Shown here one piece after another: positions 42,284 to 51,640 of a stretch of DNA of 64,000 bases. The stretch spans positions 1,053,960 to 1,117,959 of the forward strand of contig NZ_CBDDJA010000002.1 in assembly GCF_965229315.1 (NCBI RefSeq), read 5' to 3'. Made by a program: the position numbers and the translations under genes. Position 1 is the first letter of the stretch. Each line of letters starts with the position of its first letter. The notes beneath the pieces were generated by a model. It was not told the DNA's origin and ran no database searches. It saw nothing but the letters and a program-made list of their open reading frames with translations. This DNA comes from Roseateles sp. (GTDB taxonomy: Bacteria > Pseudomonadota > Gammaproteobacteria > Burkholderiales > Burkholderiaceae_C).

Positions 42284-43394
42284 CGATGTAGTGCATCTCG
42301 ACGCGGCGCTCGCCCTCGGCGGGCATGGCGCCGCCCTGGCCGCGCAGCTGCGAGTAGCGGTCGGCGCGACCCGACCACACGCTGGCCACTGCGGCGGCGA
42401 TCTGCTCGTCTTCCACCGGCTCGATGCCGCGCAGCAGGCCGCGCAAGTCGTGCCCGCGGGTGGCGAACAGGCAGGTGTAGAGCCGCCCTTCGGTGGACAG
42501 CCGCGCGCGGTTGCAGTCGCCGCAGAAGGCCTGCGTGACCGACGAGATGAAGCCGATCTCGCCGCCGCCGTCGGCGTAGGCCCAGCGCTCGGCGGTTTCG
42601 CCCGGCGCGCTGTGCGACAGCGGCGTCAGCGCGAACTCGGCGGCGATGCGGCGCTGCACCTCCGCGCTGGGCAGCACTTGGTCCATGCGCCAGCCGTTGG
42701 TGGCGCCGACGTCCATGTACTCGATGAAGCGCAGCACGACGCCGCTGTGCCTGAAATGGCGCGCCATCGCCAGGATCTGGTCGTCGTTGACGCCGCGCTG
42801 CACGACCATGTTGACCTTGATCGGCCCCAGGCCCGCGGCCTGCGCGGCGCGGATGCCGTCCAGCACGTCGGACACGGGGAAACCCACGTCGTTCATGCGC
42901 TGGAAGACGGCGTCGTCCAGCCCGTCCAGGCTGACGGTGAGGCGCTTCAGTCCGGCGGCCTTCAGCGCCGCGGCCTTGCGCGTGAGCAGCGAGCCGTTGG
43001 TGGTCAGCGTCAGGTCCAGCTCGCGGCCGTCGGGCGTGCGCAGTTGCGCGAGCTGGCCGATGAGCGTCTCCAGGTGGCGGCGCAGCAGCGGCTCGCCACC
43101 GGTGATGCGCAGCTTCTCGACGCCCAGGCCGGCGAAGACGCGGGCCAGCCGCGTGATCTCCTCGAAGCTGAGGAGATCGGCGTGGGGCAGGAACTGGTGG
43201 TGTTTGTCGAACACCTGCTTGGGCATGCAGTAGCTGCAGCGGAAGTTGCAGCGGTCCGTCACCGAGATGCGCAGGTCGTGCAGCGGGCGGCCCAGCGTGT
43301 CGGCCAGCGGCACACCAGGCGACATGGGTTGCAGCGGCGGCGGCGTGAGGCTCACCAGGCGGGCGTCGTGCAGGGGGATCACGCGGGCGGGCAT
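42276..43394 (-). CDS. moaA: GTP 3',8-cyclase (radical SAM)
   Basis: [18 protein letters not shown]...ITGGEPLLR...[18 protein letters not shown]. Confidence 0.95.
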   Translation of the reverse strand: MPARVIPLHDARLVSLTPPPLQPMSPGVPLADTLGRPLHDLRISVTDRCNFRCSYCMPKQVFDKHHQFLPHADLLSFEEITRLARVFAGLGVEKLRITGGEPLLRRHLETLIGQLAQLRTPDGRELDLTLTTNGSLLTRKAAALKAAGLKRLTVSLDGLDDAVFQRMNDVGFPVSDVLDGIRAAQAAGLGPIKVNMVVQRGVNDDQILAMARHFRHSGVVLRFIEYMDVGATNGWRMDQVLPSAEVQRRIAAEFALTPLSHSAPGETAERWAYADGGGEIGFISSVTQAFCGDCNRARLSTEGRLYTCLFATRGHDLRGLLRGIEPVEDEQIAAAVASVWSGRADRYSQLRGQGGAMPAEGERRVEMHYIGG

Positions 43395-43467
43395 GCAGCG
43401 ATTGTGTCAGCGCGGCGATATCCGAGGGGCTTGCGGTGGCTGGCGCTAAGGGGTCGAATCGCCGCAG

Positions 43468-44409
43468 ATGGTTCACATTCTGCATTCCGACCTGCCGCAT
43501 TTCATTGCTTTCGGCGAGGCGTTGACCGACCTGATCCGCATCGGCCCGGACCGCTGGCGCAGCACCTGCGGCGGCTCGCCCTGGAACGTGGCCGTGGCGA
43601 TGTCGGCGCTGGGCCGCTTGAGCGCCTTCGCCGGCGCCATCAGCCAGGACCCGTTCGGCGAAGAGATCTGGCGCTGCAGCCAGGAGGCGCACCTGGACAT
43701 GCGCTTCATCCAGCAACTGGCGCGGCCGCCGCTGCTGGCCATCGTGCACGAGGTGGACCCGCCGCGCTACTTCTTCATCGGCCAGGACAGCGCGGACCTG
43801 CACTTCCGCCCCGAGGGCCTGCCCATGGGCTGGACGCGCTCGCTGCGCTGGGCGCATTTCGGCAGCCTGGGCCTGGTGCGCGAGCCGCTGGCGGGCCGGC
43901 TGCTGGCGCTGGCCGAGGCCCTCAAGTCCGAAGGCCGGCTCATCAGCTACGACCCCAACTTCCGCGCGCCGCCGATGGACGCCAGCTACGACGACACGCT
44001 GGAACAGATGTGCCGGCTGGCCGACGTCATCAAGGTGTCCGACGAGGACTTGCGGGGCCTGTTCCGCGTGAAGGACCACCGCACCGGGCTGGCGCAGATC
44101 GCCGCCTGGAACCCCCGTGCCTGGCTGCTGCTGACACGCGGCGCCGAGGGTGCGACGCTGTACCACGGCGTTCAGGAGTGCACGGCGCTGCCGCCGCGGG
44201 TCGATGTGGTCGATACCGTCGGCGCTGGCGATTCGGCGCTCGCCGGCCTGCTGGACAGCCTGCTGCGCGATGCCGGCGCACCGGTCGAGCAGCACCTGCG
44301 CTGGGCGCTGGCGGCCGGCGCGGCCGCCTGCACCGCGCCGGGCTTCGCGCCGCCGCAGCCCGGCCAGGTGGCGGCGCTGGCGGAGGCCGTCGAGATCATC
44401 GAAAACTAG
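43468..44409 (+). CDS. PfkB-family carbohydrate kinase (fructokinase-like)
   Basis: GGSPWNVAVAMSALG...DPNFR...DTVGAGDSALAGLL. Confidence 0.83.
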   Translation: MVHILHSDLPHFIAFGEALTDLIRIGPDRWRSTCGGSPWNVAVAMSALGRLSAFAGAISQDPFGEEIWRCSQEAHLDMRFIQQLARPPLLAIVHEVDPPRYFFIGQDSADLHFRPEGLPMGWTRSLRWAHFGSLGLVREPLAGRLLALAEALKSEGRLISYDPNFRAPPMDASYDDTLEQMCRLADVIKVSDEDLRGLFRVKDHRTGLAQIAAWNPRAWLLLTRGAEGATLYHGVQECTALPPRVDVVDTVGAGDSALAGLLDSLLRDAGAPVEQHLRWALAAGAAACTAPGFAPPQPGQVAALAEAVEIIEN

Positions 44410-44458
44410 GGTTTTCTCGGGTCCCACTTGATCCCAATCACAGGGAGTCCTACGATTA

Positions 44459-44472
44459 ACCGACCGGTCGGT
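44459..44472. promoter_or_regulatory. Perfect 14-bp palindrome, candidate TetR/PaaR operator
   Basis: ACCGACCGGTCGGT is self-complementary and ends 11 nt before the paaG ATG. Confidence 0.45.
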
Positions 44473-44483
44473 AGAGAAATCCC

Positions 44484-45287
44484 ATGTCCGAACAAATGAT
44501 CCAGATCGAACAGCACGGCGGCGTCTGCCTGCTGCGCCTGAATCGCCCCGAGGCGCTGAATGCGTTCACGTCGGCCCTGCTGGTCCAGCTCCGCCAGGCG
44601 CTGGAAGCCGCCGCGATTGACGCGCAGACGCGCTGCGTGCTGCTCACCGGCGCCGGCCGCGCCTTCAGCGCCGGCCAGGACCTGGCCGACCCGCATGTGG
44701 CGCCCAGCCGCGACCCGGGCGCGGCTCCCAAGGACATCGGCCACATGCTGGACCAGTACTACATCCCGCTGGCGCTGCGGCTGCGCAGCATGCCGGTGCC
44801 GGTGGTGGCCGCCGTCAACGGCGTGGCCGCGGGCGCGGGCGCCAACATGGCGCTGGGCTGCGACATCGTGCTGGCGGCGGAGGGAGCCAGTTTCATCCAG
44901 GCGTTTTCCCGGATCGGGCTGCTGCCCGACTGCGGCGGCACCTGGCTGCTGCCGCGCCTCGTGGGCCGCGCCAAGGCGCTGGAGCTGGCGCTGCTGGGCG
45001 ACAAGCTCAAGGCCGTGGACGCCCAGGCGCTCGGTCTGATCGCGCGTGTCGTGCCCGACGCCGAACTGCAGGGCGCCGCGATGGCGCTGGCGCAGAAGCT
45101 GGCCGGCATGCCCACCCGCGCGCTGGTCGAGACGCGCCGCGCGATCGACGAGGCTTTGAAGCTCGACTACGAGACCGCGCTGAAGCGCGAGGCGGCGCTG
45201 CAGAGCCAGTTGGGCTTTGCGCACGACTACCTGGAAGGCGTGGCCGCGTTCATGGACAAGCGCCAGCCTGAGTTCAAGGACCGCTGA
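44484..45287 (+). CDS. paaG: 2-(1,2-epoxy-1,2-dihydrophenyl)acetyl-CoA isomerase
   Basis: Close by-eye match to E. coli PaaG: LLTGAGRAFSAGQDL, AAVNGVAAGAGANMALGCDIV, GLLPDCGGTWLLPR. Confidence 0.85.
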   Translation: MSEQMIQIEQHGGVCLLRLNRPEALNAFTSALLVQLRQALEAAAIDAQTRCVLLTGAGRAFSAGQDLADPHVAPSRDPGAAPKDIGHMLDQYYIPLALRLRSMPVPVVAAVNGVAAGAGANMALGCDIVLAAEGASFIQAFSRIGLLPDCGGTWLLPRLVGRAKALELALLGDKLKAVDAQALGLIARVVPDAELQGAAMALAQKLAGMPTRALVETRRAIDEALKLDYETALKREAALQSQLGFAHDYLEGVAAFMDKRQPEFKDR

Positions 45288-45715
45288 TGGACGCGCAAGC
45301 CATTGCCGAGAAGGTCCGCGACGTGATGTTCGCGGACGACGCCGCCAGCCGCATGCTGGGGCTGCAGATCACCGAGGTCTCGCCCGGCCGCGCGGTGGCG
45401 ACGATGACGGTGCGTGCCGACATGCTGAACGGCTTCGCGATCTGCCATGGCGGGTTGATCGCCACGCTGGCCGACTCGGCGTTCGCGTTCGCCTGCAACA
45501 GCCGCAACGCGCTGACGGTGGCGTCGGGCTTCGGCATCGACATCCTGAAGAGCGCCCAATTGAATGACGTCTTGACGGCGACGGCGGAGGAGACATCCCT
45601 GGCCGGCCGCACGGGGCTGTACGACATCACGGTGAAGAACCAGAACGGCGACCTGATCGCCATGTTCCGTGGCCGTTCGTACCGTCTGGGTGAAAGAAAG
45701 GTGTTTGAAGCATGA
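45287..45715 (+). CDS. paaI: Hydroxyphenylacetyl-CoA thioesterase (hotdog fold)
   Basis: NGFAICHGGLIATLADSAFAFACN motif. Position between paaG and paaK. Confidence 0.88.
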   Translation: MDAQAIAEKVRDVMFADDAASRMLGLQITEVSPGRAVATMTVRADMLNGFAICHGGLIATLADSAFAFACNSRNALTVASGFGIDILKSAQLNDVLTATAEETSLAGRTGLYDITVKNQNGDLIAMFRGRSYRLGERKVFEA

Positions 45716-47010
45716 CCGTGAAAGCCCCCCGCCCCGGTGACCTCGACCCCATCGAGACCGCCAGCCGCGACGAACTGCAGGCGCTGCAACTGGAGCGCCT
45801 GCGCTGGAGCCTGCAGCACGCCTACGACCACGTGCCGCACTACAAGGCGACGTTCGACGCGAAGGGCGTGCACCCGTCGGACCTGAAGACGCTGGCCGAT
45901 CTCGCCAAGTTCCCGTTCACGACCAAGCACGACCTGCGCGCGAACTACCCGTTCGGCATGTTCGCGATGCCGCGCGAGAAGATGGCGCGCATCCATGCGT
46001 CGTCCGGCACCACGGGCAAGCCGACCGTCGTCGGCTACACGCTCAAGGACATCGACCACTGGGCCAACCTCGTCGCGCGTTCCATCCGCGCCGCGGGCGG
46101 CCGTGCGGGCGACCTGGTGCACGTGGCCTACGGCTACGGCCTGTTCACCGGCGGCCTGGGCGCGCACTACGGCGCCGAGCGGCTGGGCTGCACCGTCATC
46201 CCGATGAGCGGCGGCCAGACTGAGAAGCAGGTGCAGCTCATCACCGACTTCAAGCCCGACATCATCATGGTGACGCCCAGCTACATGCAGGTGCTGGTGG
46301 AGGAGTTCACGCGCCAGGGGCTGGATGCGCGCGAGTCGTCGCTGAAGGTCGGCATCTTCGGCGCCGAGCCGTGGACTGAGGCGATGCGCCGTGACATCGA
46401 GGCCAGCGCCGGCATCGACGCGGTGGACATCTACGGGCTGTCCGAAGTGATGGGCCCGGGTGTCGCCAGCGAATGCGTGGAGAGCAAGGACGGCCCGGTC
46501 ATCTGGGAAGACCATTTCTACCCGGAGATCATCGACCCCGAGACCGGCGAGGTGCTGCCGGACGGTTCGGAGGGCGAACTGGTGTTCACGTCGCTGTCCA
46601 AGGAAGCGATGCCCGTCGTCCGCTACCGCACGCGTGACCTGACGCGCCTGCTGCCGCCCACCTCACGCGCCATGCGCCGCATGGGCAAGATCGTCGGCCG
46701 CAGCGACGACATGCTCATCATCCGCGGCGTCAACCTGTTCCCGACGCAGGTCGAGGAGCTGGTGCTGCAGGAAAAGGGCCTCGGCGGCCAGTACCAGCTG
46801 GTGGTCAGCCGCGACGGCCACATGGACGAACTGGTCATCCGCTGCGAGCTGGCGCTGGGCGCGACCGACGACGGCATCGCCAAGCGCCTGTCCGAGCGCA
46901 TCAAGAACCTGATCGGCGTGACGGCGCGCATCAGCGTCGAGCCCAACGAATCCATCGAGCGCACGCTGGTCGGCAAGGCCCGCCGCGTCGTGGATCAACG
47001 CAAAAAATGA
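45712..47010 (+). CDS. paaK: Phenylacetate-CoA ligase
   Basis: HVPHYK..F, FPFTTKHDLR, HASSGTTGKPTVVGYT, IRGVNLFPTQVEE. Confidence 0.95.
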   Translation: MTVKAPRPGDLDPIETASRDELQALQLERLRWSLQHAYDHVPHYKATFDAKGVHPSDLKTLADLAKFPFTTKHDLRANYPFGMFAMPREKMARIHASSGTTGKPTVVGYTLKDIDHWANLVARSIRAAGGRAGDLVHVAYGYGLFTGGLGAHYGAERLGCTVIPMSGGQTEKQVQLITDFKPDIIMVTPSYMQVLVEEFTRQGLDARESSLKVGIFGAEPWTEAMRRDIEASAGIDAVDIYGLSEVMGPGVASECVESKDGPVIWEDHFYPEIIDPETGEVLPDGSEGELVFTSLSKEAMPVVRYRTRDLTRLLPPTSRAMRRMGKIVGRSDDMLIIRGVNLFPTQVEELVLQEKGLGGQYQLVVSRDGHMDELVIRCELALGATDDGIAKRLSERIKNLIGVTARISVEPNESIERTLVGKARRVVDQRKK

Positions 47011-47099
47011 GACCACCCCCTACGCGCTTCGCGCGCCCCCTTCGAGGGGGCACCACCAGCAGCCCGGCAAAGCCGGTTCTGCGGTGGTCGCTCGGTCAA
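47011..47099 (+). repeat. About 87-nt three-hairpin intergenic element, copy A (paaK|paaA)
   Basis: GACCACCCCCTAC-hairpin(CGCGC/GCGCG)-hairpin(GCCCCCT/AGGGGGC)-long hairpin enclosing CCGGCAAAGCCGG. Aligns with 48434-48520. Confidence 0.85.
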
Positions 47100-47118
47100 T
47101 GCATTTAGGAGCCTGCAC

Positions 47119-48123
47119 ATGTATACGCAAGCAATGGATTTGATGGCCCGCGAGGCCAAGCCGAAAGTGGTCAAGAGCGCCGAGGACCTGCAGCGCGAGG
47201 AGGCCTTCGAAGCCCGCATAGCCGCCGGCGAGTTCATCGAGGCCAAGGACTGGATGCCCGAGCACTACCGCAAGACGCTGGTGCGCCAGATCAGCCAGCA
47301 TGCGCACAGCGAGATCGTCGGCATGCTGCCCGAGGGCAACTGGATCACGCGCGCGCCGACACTCAAGCGCAAGGCGATTCTTCTCGCCAAGGTGCAGGAC
47401 GAGGGCGGTCACGGCCTGTACCTCTACGCCGCCGCCGAGACGCTGGGCACCAGCCGTGACGAGATGACCGAGGCGCTGCTGTCGGGCAAGGCCAAGTACA
47501 GCTCCATCTTCAACTACCCGACGCTGACCTGGGCCGACATCGGCGTCATCGGCTGGCTGGTGGATGGCGCGGCCATCATGAACCAGGTGCCGCTGTGCCG
47601 CTGCTCGTATGCGCCGTATGCGCGGGCCATGATCCGCGTCTGCCGCGAAGAGAGCTTCCACCAGCGCCAGGGCTATGAGAGCCTGCTGACGATGATGACC
47701 CACGGCATCGCGGCGCAGAAGGCCATGGTGCAGGACGCCGTGAACCGCTGGTGGTGGCCGTCGCTGATGATGTTCGGCCCGGCGGACAAAGATTCGCCCA
47801 ACTCCGAGCAGAGCATGCGCTGGGGCATCAAGCGCGTGACCAACGACCAGCTGCGCCAGAAGTTCGTCGACGCGACCATTCCGCAGGCCGACATCCTCGG
47901 CGTGACGGTGCCGGACCCGGCGCTGAAGTGGAACGCCGAGCGCGATGCGTACGACTTCGGCGAGATCGACTGGCGCGAGTTCTGGGCCGTGGTGGGCGGC
48001 GAGGGCCCCTGCAACCGCGAGCGCCTGGCCGCCCGCAACAAGGCCTGGGACGACGGCGCCTGGGTGCGCGATGCGGCGCTGGCCCACGCACGCAAGCAAG
48101 CCACCAGGGCCCAAGCGGCCTGA
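47119..48123 (+). CDS. paaA: 1,2-phenylacetyl-CoA epoxidase subunit A
   Basis: [14 protein letters not shown]...[13 protein letters not shown]...[10 protein letters not shown] di-iron ligand motifs. Confidence 0.95.
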   Translation: MYTQAMDLMAREAKPKVVKSAEDLQREEAFEARIAAGEFIEAKDWMPEHYRKTLVRQISQHAHSEIVGMLPEGNWITRAPTLKRKAILLAKVQDEGGHGLYLYAAAETLGTSRDEMTEALLSGKAKYSSIFNYPTLTWADIGVIGWLVDGAAIMNQVPLCRCSYAPYARAMIRVCREESFHQRQGYESLLTMMTHGIAAQKAMVQDAVNRWWWPSLMMFGPADKDSPNSEQSMRWGIKRVTNDQLRQKFVDATIPQADILGVTVPDPALKWNAERDAYDFGEIDWREFWAVVGGEGPCNRERLAARNKAWDDGAWVRDAALAHARKQATRAQAA

Positions 48124-48134
48124 GGAAGAACAAG

Positions 48135-48428
48135 ATGAGCAATCCGAAGAACGAATGGCCGCTGTGGGAAGTGTTCGTGCGCAGCAAGGCGGGGCTGGAC
48201 CACAAGCACTGCGGCAGCCTGCACGCGGCCGATTCGGCCATGGCCATCCAGATGGCGCGCGACGTCTACACGCGCCGCCAGGAAGGCACCAGCATCTGGG
48301 TCGTGCGCTCCGAGCAGATCGTCGCCAGCGACCCGGCCGAAAAGGGCAGCCTGTTCGACCCGGCCGACGACAAGGTGTATCGCCATCCGACGTTCTATGA
48401 ACTGCCGGACGAACTGAACCACATGTAA
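48135..48428 (+). CDS. paaB: 1,2-phenylacetyl-CoA epoxidase subunit B
   Basis: WPLWEVFVRSK.GL.HKH.GSLHA.D...A...ARDVYTRR; 97 aa. Confidence 0.95.
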   Translation: MSNPKNEWPLWEVFVRSKAGLDHKHCGSLHAADSAMAIQMARDVYTRRQEGTSIWVVRSEQIVASDPAEKGSLFDPADDKVYRHPTFYELPDELNHM

Positions 48429-48433
48429 GGACG

Positions 48434-48520
48434 GACCACCCCCTACTCGCTTCGCGAGCCCCCTCAAGGGGGCGACTCCAACAGCCCGGCAAAGCCGGTT
48501 CTGTGGAGTCCGCTGAGTCA
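48434..48520 (+). repeat. About 87-nt three-hairpin intergenic element, copy B (paaB|paaC)
   Basis: Same architecture as 47011-47099, with paired (compensatory) substitutions in the stems. Confidence 0.85.
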
Positions 48521-48556
48521 GACACCACTTGCCGCGAGTTGAACTGCGAACCCCAT

Positions 48557-49324
48557 ATGGCCGATCCCAAATTTGTTTATGTCTTGCGTTTGGCGGACAC
48601 CTGCCTCATCCACAGCCAGCGGCTGTCCGAATGGGCCGGCCACGCGCCGGTGCTGGAAGAAGACCTGGCGCTGTCCAACATCGCGCTGGACCTGCTGGGC
48701 CAGGCGCGGGCGCTGCTGACCCACGCCGGCCAGCTCGAAGGCGCCGGTCGTGATGAAGACCAGCTCGCCTTCCTGCGCGAGGAGCGGGACTACCGCAACG
48801 TCGTGCTCGTGGAGCTGCCCAACGCGGCGTCCAGCCCGAGCGACGGCGGCGGCGGGCGCGACTTCGCGCTGACGACGCTGCGCAACGCGGCGATGGCGAG
48901 CTGGCTGGAACTGCTGTACGAGCGCCTGCAGACCAGCGCCGACGCCGAGCTGGCCGGCATCGCTGCCAAGTCGCTGAAGGAAGTGCGCTACCACCGCCAG
49001 CACAGCAGCGACTGGGTCGTGCGGCTGGGCGACGGCACCGAGGAATCCCAGCGGCGCATGCAGGCGGCCCTGCACCTGCTGTGGCCGTACTTCAACGAGT
49101 TGTTCGCGGCTGAAGGCGTGGACGGCGTCGGCCCCGCGTGGCGCGAGCTGGAGCCCGAATGGCGCGCCCGCTGGGCCACGCTGATGCAGCAGGCCACCCT
49201 CACGCTGCCGCGCGACAGCGCCATGCAGCCGCGCGGCATCGACGGCATCCACAGCGAGCACATGGGCCACATGCTGGGCACCATGCAGCACCTGCAGCGC
49301 ACCTATCCCGCAGGCGTGTGGTGA
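48557..49324 (+). CDS. paaC: 1,2-phenylacetyl-CoA epoxidase subunit C
   Basis: LRLADTCLIHSQRLSEW.GHAP.LEEDLAL.NIALDL.GQAR. Confidence 0.9.
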   Translation: MADPKFVYVLRLADTCLIHSQRLSEWAGHAPVLEEDLALSNIALDLLGQARALLTHAGQLEGAGRDEDQLAFLREERDYRNVVLVELPNAASSPSDGGGGRDFALTTLRNAAMASWLELLYERLQTSADAELAGIAAKSLKEVRYHRQHSSDWVVRLGDGTEESQRRMQAALHLLWPYFNELFAAEGVDGVGPAWRELEPEWRARWATLMQQATLTLPRDSAMQPRGIDGIHSEHMGHMLGTMQHLQRTYPAGVW

Positions 49325-49788
49325 ATCTGGACAGCGCCCGAGCCAAGCTCGCCACCGTGCCCGACCCCGAGATCCCGGCGGTCAGCCTGGTGGAGCTGGG
49401 CATCGTGCGCGAGCTGCGCGCGACGGCCTCGGGCGTCGAGGTGGTGCTGACGCCCACCTACAGCGGCTGCCCCGCCACCGAACTGATCGCCGACGACGTG
49501 CGCGCCGCGCTGGCCGAATTCGGCGATGTGACAGTGACGATGCAGCGCGCGCCCGCGTGGAGCACCGACTGGATCACGCCCGAGGGCCGCGAAAAGCTGC
49601 AGCAGTACGGCATCGTGCCGCCGCAATGCAGCGGCGAGCAGGCCATCCGCGTCGTGCCGCGCCTACGCTGCCCGCGTTGCGACAGCAGCAGCACGCAGCA
49701 GCTGTCCCGCTTTGGTTCCACCGCCTGCAAGTCCACGTGGCGCTGCATCGAGTGCCTAGAACCTTTCGAATACTTCAAGCCGATTTGA
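49321..49788 (+). CDS. paaD: Phenylacetate degradation protein PaaD (PaaJ in newer nomenclature), Fe-S assembly-like
   Basis: The GTG start overlaps the paaC stop. VPDPEIP.VS..ELGIVR...TPTYSGCPA and the C-terminal CPRC...C..C zinc ribbon. Confidence 0.87.
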   Translation: MNLDSARAKLATVPDPEIPAVSLVELGIVRELRATASGVEVVLTPTYSGCPATELIADDVRAALAEFGDVTVTMQRAPAWSTDWITPEGREKLQQYGIVPPQCSGEQAIRVVPRLRCPRCDSSSTQQLSRFGSTACKSTWRCIECLEPFEYFKPI

Positions 49789-49796
49789 GCCCGACG

Positions 49797-50858
49797 ATGG
49801 CCCTCCACTTCCACCCTCTGCGCGTCACTTCCGTCGAGCGCGACACCGAAGACGCCATGGTCGTCGGCTTCGAGCCGCCCGCCGACGGCTTCGGCTTCGA
49901 GCCCGGGCAGTACCTGACGCTGCGCGCCAATGTCGGCGGCCAGGAACTGCGCCGCAGCTATTCGATCTGCTCGGACCGTCGCCTGCAGGTCGGCATCCGC
50001 CGCGTCGACGGCGGCGCGTTCTCCAACTGGGTGCATGGCGAGCTGAAGGTCGGCGACATCATCGAGTCCTACCCGCCGCAAGGCCGCTTCGTCATGCCGG
50101 CCGCGCAGGCCGACGGTCGCCATGTGCTGTTCATCGCCGGTGGCTCGGGCATCACGCCCATCATCGCCATCCTGACAGCGCTGCTGGCGCGCGAGCCCAC
50201 CGCCCGCGCGACGCTGATCTACGCCAACCGCCGCACCGCGTCGACGATGTTCAAGGAAGAACTCGAAGACCTGAAGAACCGCTTCATGACGCGGCTGTCG
50301 CTGCACCTCATCTTCAGCCGTGAAGTCGTGGACGCGCCGCTGTACGGCGGCCGGCTGGACGCCGGCAAGCTCAGTGCCTTCCTGGCCGGCCCGGTGCCGG
50401 CGGGCAGCGTGGACGAGGTGTTCGTCTGCGGCCCGTTCGAGATGAACGACCAGGCCGAGGCCGCGCTGCTGGGTGCCGGCATCCCGGCCGGGCGCATCCA
50501 CATCGAGCGCTTCGGCACGCCCGAGACGATGGCGGGCAAGCCCGTGCCGCACGAGGTCAAGGCCGGTGACGCGCCCGAGGCGCGCGTGACCGTCATCCGC
50601 GACGGGCTGTCGCGCGAGATCGAATTCCTGTCCAGCGACCCCAGCCTGCTCGACGCCGCGGCGCGTGAAGGCATGGACGTGCCGTTCTCCTGCAAGAGCG
50701 GCGTGTGCTCCACCTGCCGCTGCAAGCTGGTGGCGGGCCGGGTGCGCATGGACAAGAACTTCGCGCTCGACAAGGACGAAGTCGCCGCCGGCTTCATCCT
50801 CAGCTGCCAGGCGCATCCGCTGACCGAGCGGGTCGTCATCTCTTTCGACGAACGCTGA
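49797..50858 (+). CDS. paaE: 1,2-phenylacetyl-CoA epoxidase reductase subunit
   Basis: RRSYSICS (FAD), GGSGITP (NAD), and the C-terminal plant-type 2Fe-2S motif CKSGVCSTCRC...SCQ. Confidence 0.92.
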   Translation: MALHFHPLRVTSVERDTEDAMVVGFEPPADGFGFEPGQYLTLRANVGGQELRRSYSICSDRRLQVGIRRVDGGAFSNWVHGELKVGDIIESYPPQGRFVMPAAQADGRHVLFIAGGSGITPIIAILTALLAREPTARATLIYANRRTASTMFKEELEDLKNRFMTRLSLHLIFSREVVDAPLYGGRLDAGKLSAFLAGPVPAGSVDEVFVCGPFEMNDQAEAALLGAGIPAGRIHIERFGTPETMAGKPVPHEVKAGDAPEARVTVIRDGLSREIEFLSSDPSLLDAAAREGMDVPFSCKSGVCSTCRCKLVAGRVRMDKNFALDKDEVAAGFILSCQAHPLTERVVISFDER

Positions 50859-50865
50859 GAATGAA

Positions 50866-50986
50866 GCCCCTCGTCCAAGGATTACCTTGGCCGGTCCCCC
50901 GAGGGGACGGCGATGTTTGCGGCATTGAGCCGCAAACACATCGCCGGCGCGTGCCGGCTCGGGAGCGGCCCGGCGCTCGGCACGCA
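50866..50986 (+). repeat. About 120-nt multi-hairpin intergenic repeat, copy 2
   Basis: See 39833-39955. Lies between the paaE stop and the TetR gene start. Confidence 0.85.
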
Positions 50987-51002
50987 AAAGATCACCACTG
51001 AC

Positions 51003-51620
51003 ATGGCCAGAAAACGCGCGCCCGGTTTCGAAGCCCAACGCGAGGACATCCTCGCCGCCGCCGCACGGCTGTTCGCCGAGCAGGGCTTCAGTGCCACGTC
51101 CATGAACCAGGTCGCCGAGGCCTGCGGCGTGGCCAAGCCCACGCTGTACCACTACGTCCAGGACAAGCAGGCGCTGCTGGCGCAGATCTGCGACGGCCAC
51201 GTGCATGCGCTGCTGACGCTGGTGGAGGAGACGAAGGCGCTGCAGCTCGCGCCCGACGAGCAACTGCGCACGCTGATCGAGCGCTTCACGCGCGCCTATG
51301 CCGATGCGCAGGACCAGCACCGCGTGCTGACCAGCGAGATCAAGTTCCTCGACATGGCCGAGCGTGAGCGGCTGCTGGACGTGGAGCGCCGCGTGGTGGC
51401 CGAGTTCGCTGCGGCGCTGTGCGGCGTGCGGCCCGAGCTGCGCGACGCCGGGCTTCACAAGCCGCTGACCATGCTGCTGTTTGGCATGATCAACTGGACC
51501 TTCACCTGGCTGCGGCCGGGGGGCGAGCTGTCCCACGATGCCCTCGCAGCCCTGGTCAGCGATCTGTTCTTTGGCGGTCTGGGTGCGGTGCAGTTGCGCC
51601 AGCCCGCCCTCGTTCCATAA
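51003..51620 (+). CDS. TetR-family transcriptional regulator (PaaR-like by context)
   Basis: ILAAAARLFAEQGFSATSMNQVAEACGVAKPTLYHYV TetR HTH. Embedded in the paa cluster. Confidence 0.8.
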   Translation: MARKRAPGFEAQREDILAAAARLFAEQGFSATSMNQVAEACGVAKPTLYHYVQDKQALLAQICDGHVHALLTLVEETKALQLAPDEQLRTLIERFTRAYADAQDQHRVLTSEIKFLDMAERERLLDVERRVVAEFAAALCGVRPELRDAGLHKPLTMLLFGMINWTFTWLRPGGELSHDALAALVSDLFFGGLGAVQLRQPALVP

Positions 51621-51640
51621 CCCCAACGGAGACCACCACG

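Noticed and set aside
43395-43467. Possible Moco riboswitch upstream of moaA.
   Set aside because: The leader is only 73 nt, and I could not recognise the conserved Moco-motif core. The N-terminal VIPL extension of MoaA is common in beta-proteobacteria, so the long ORF start is plausible.
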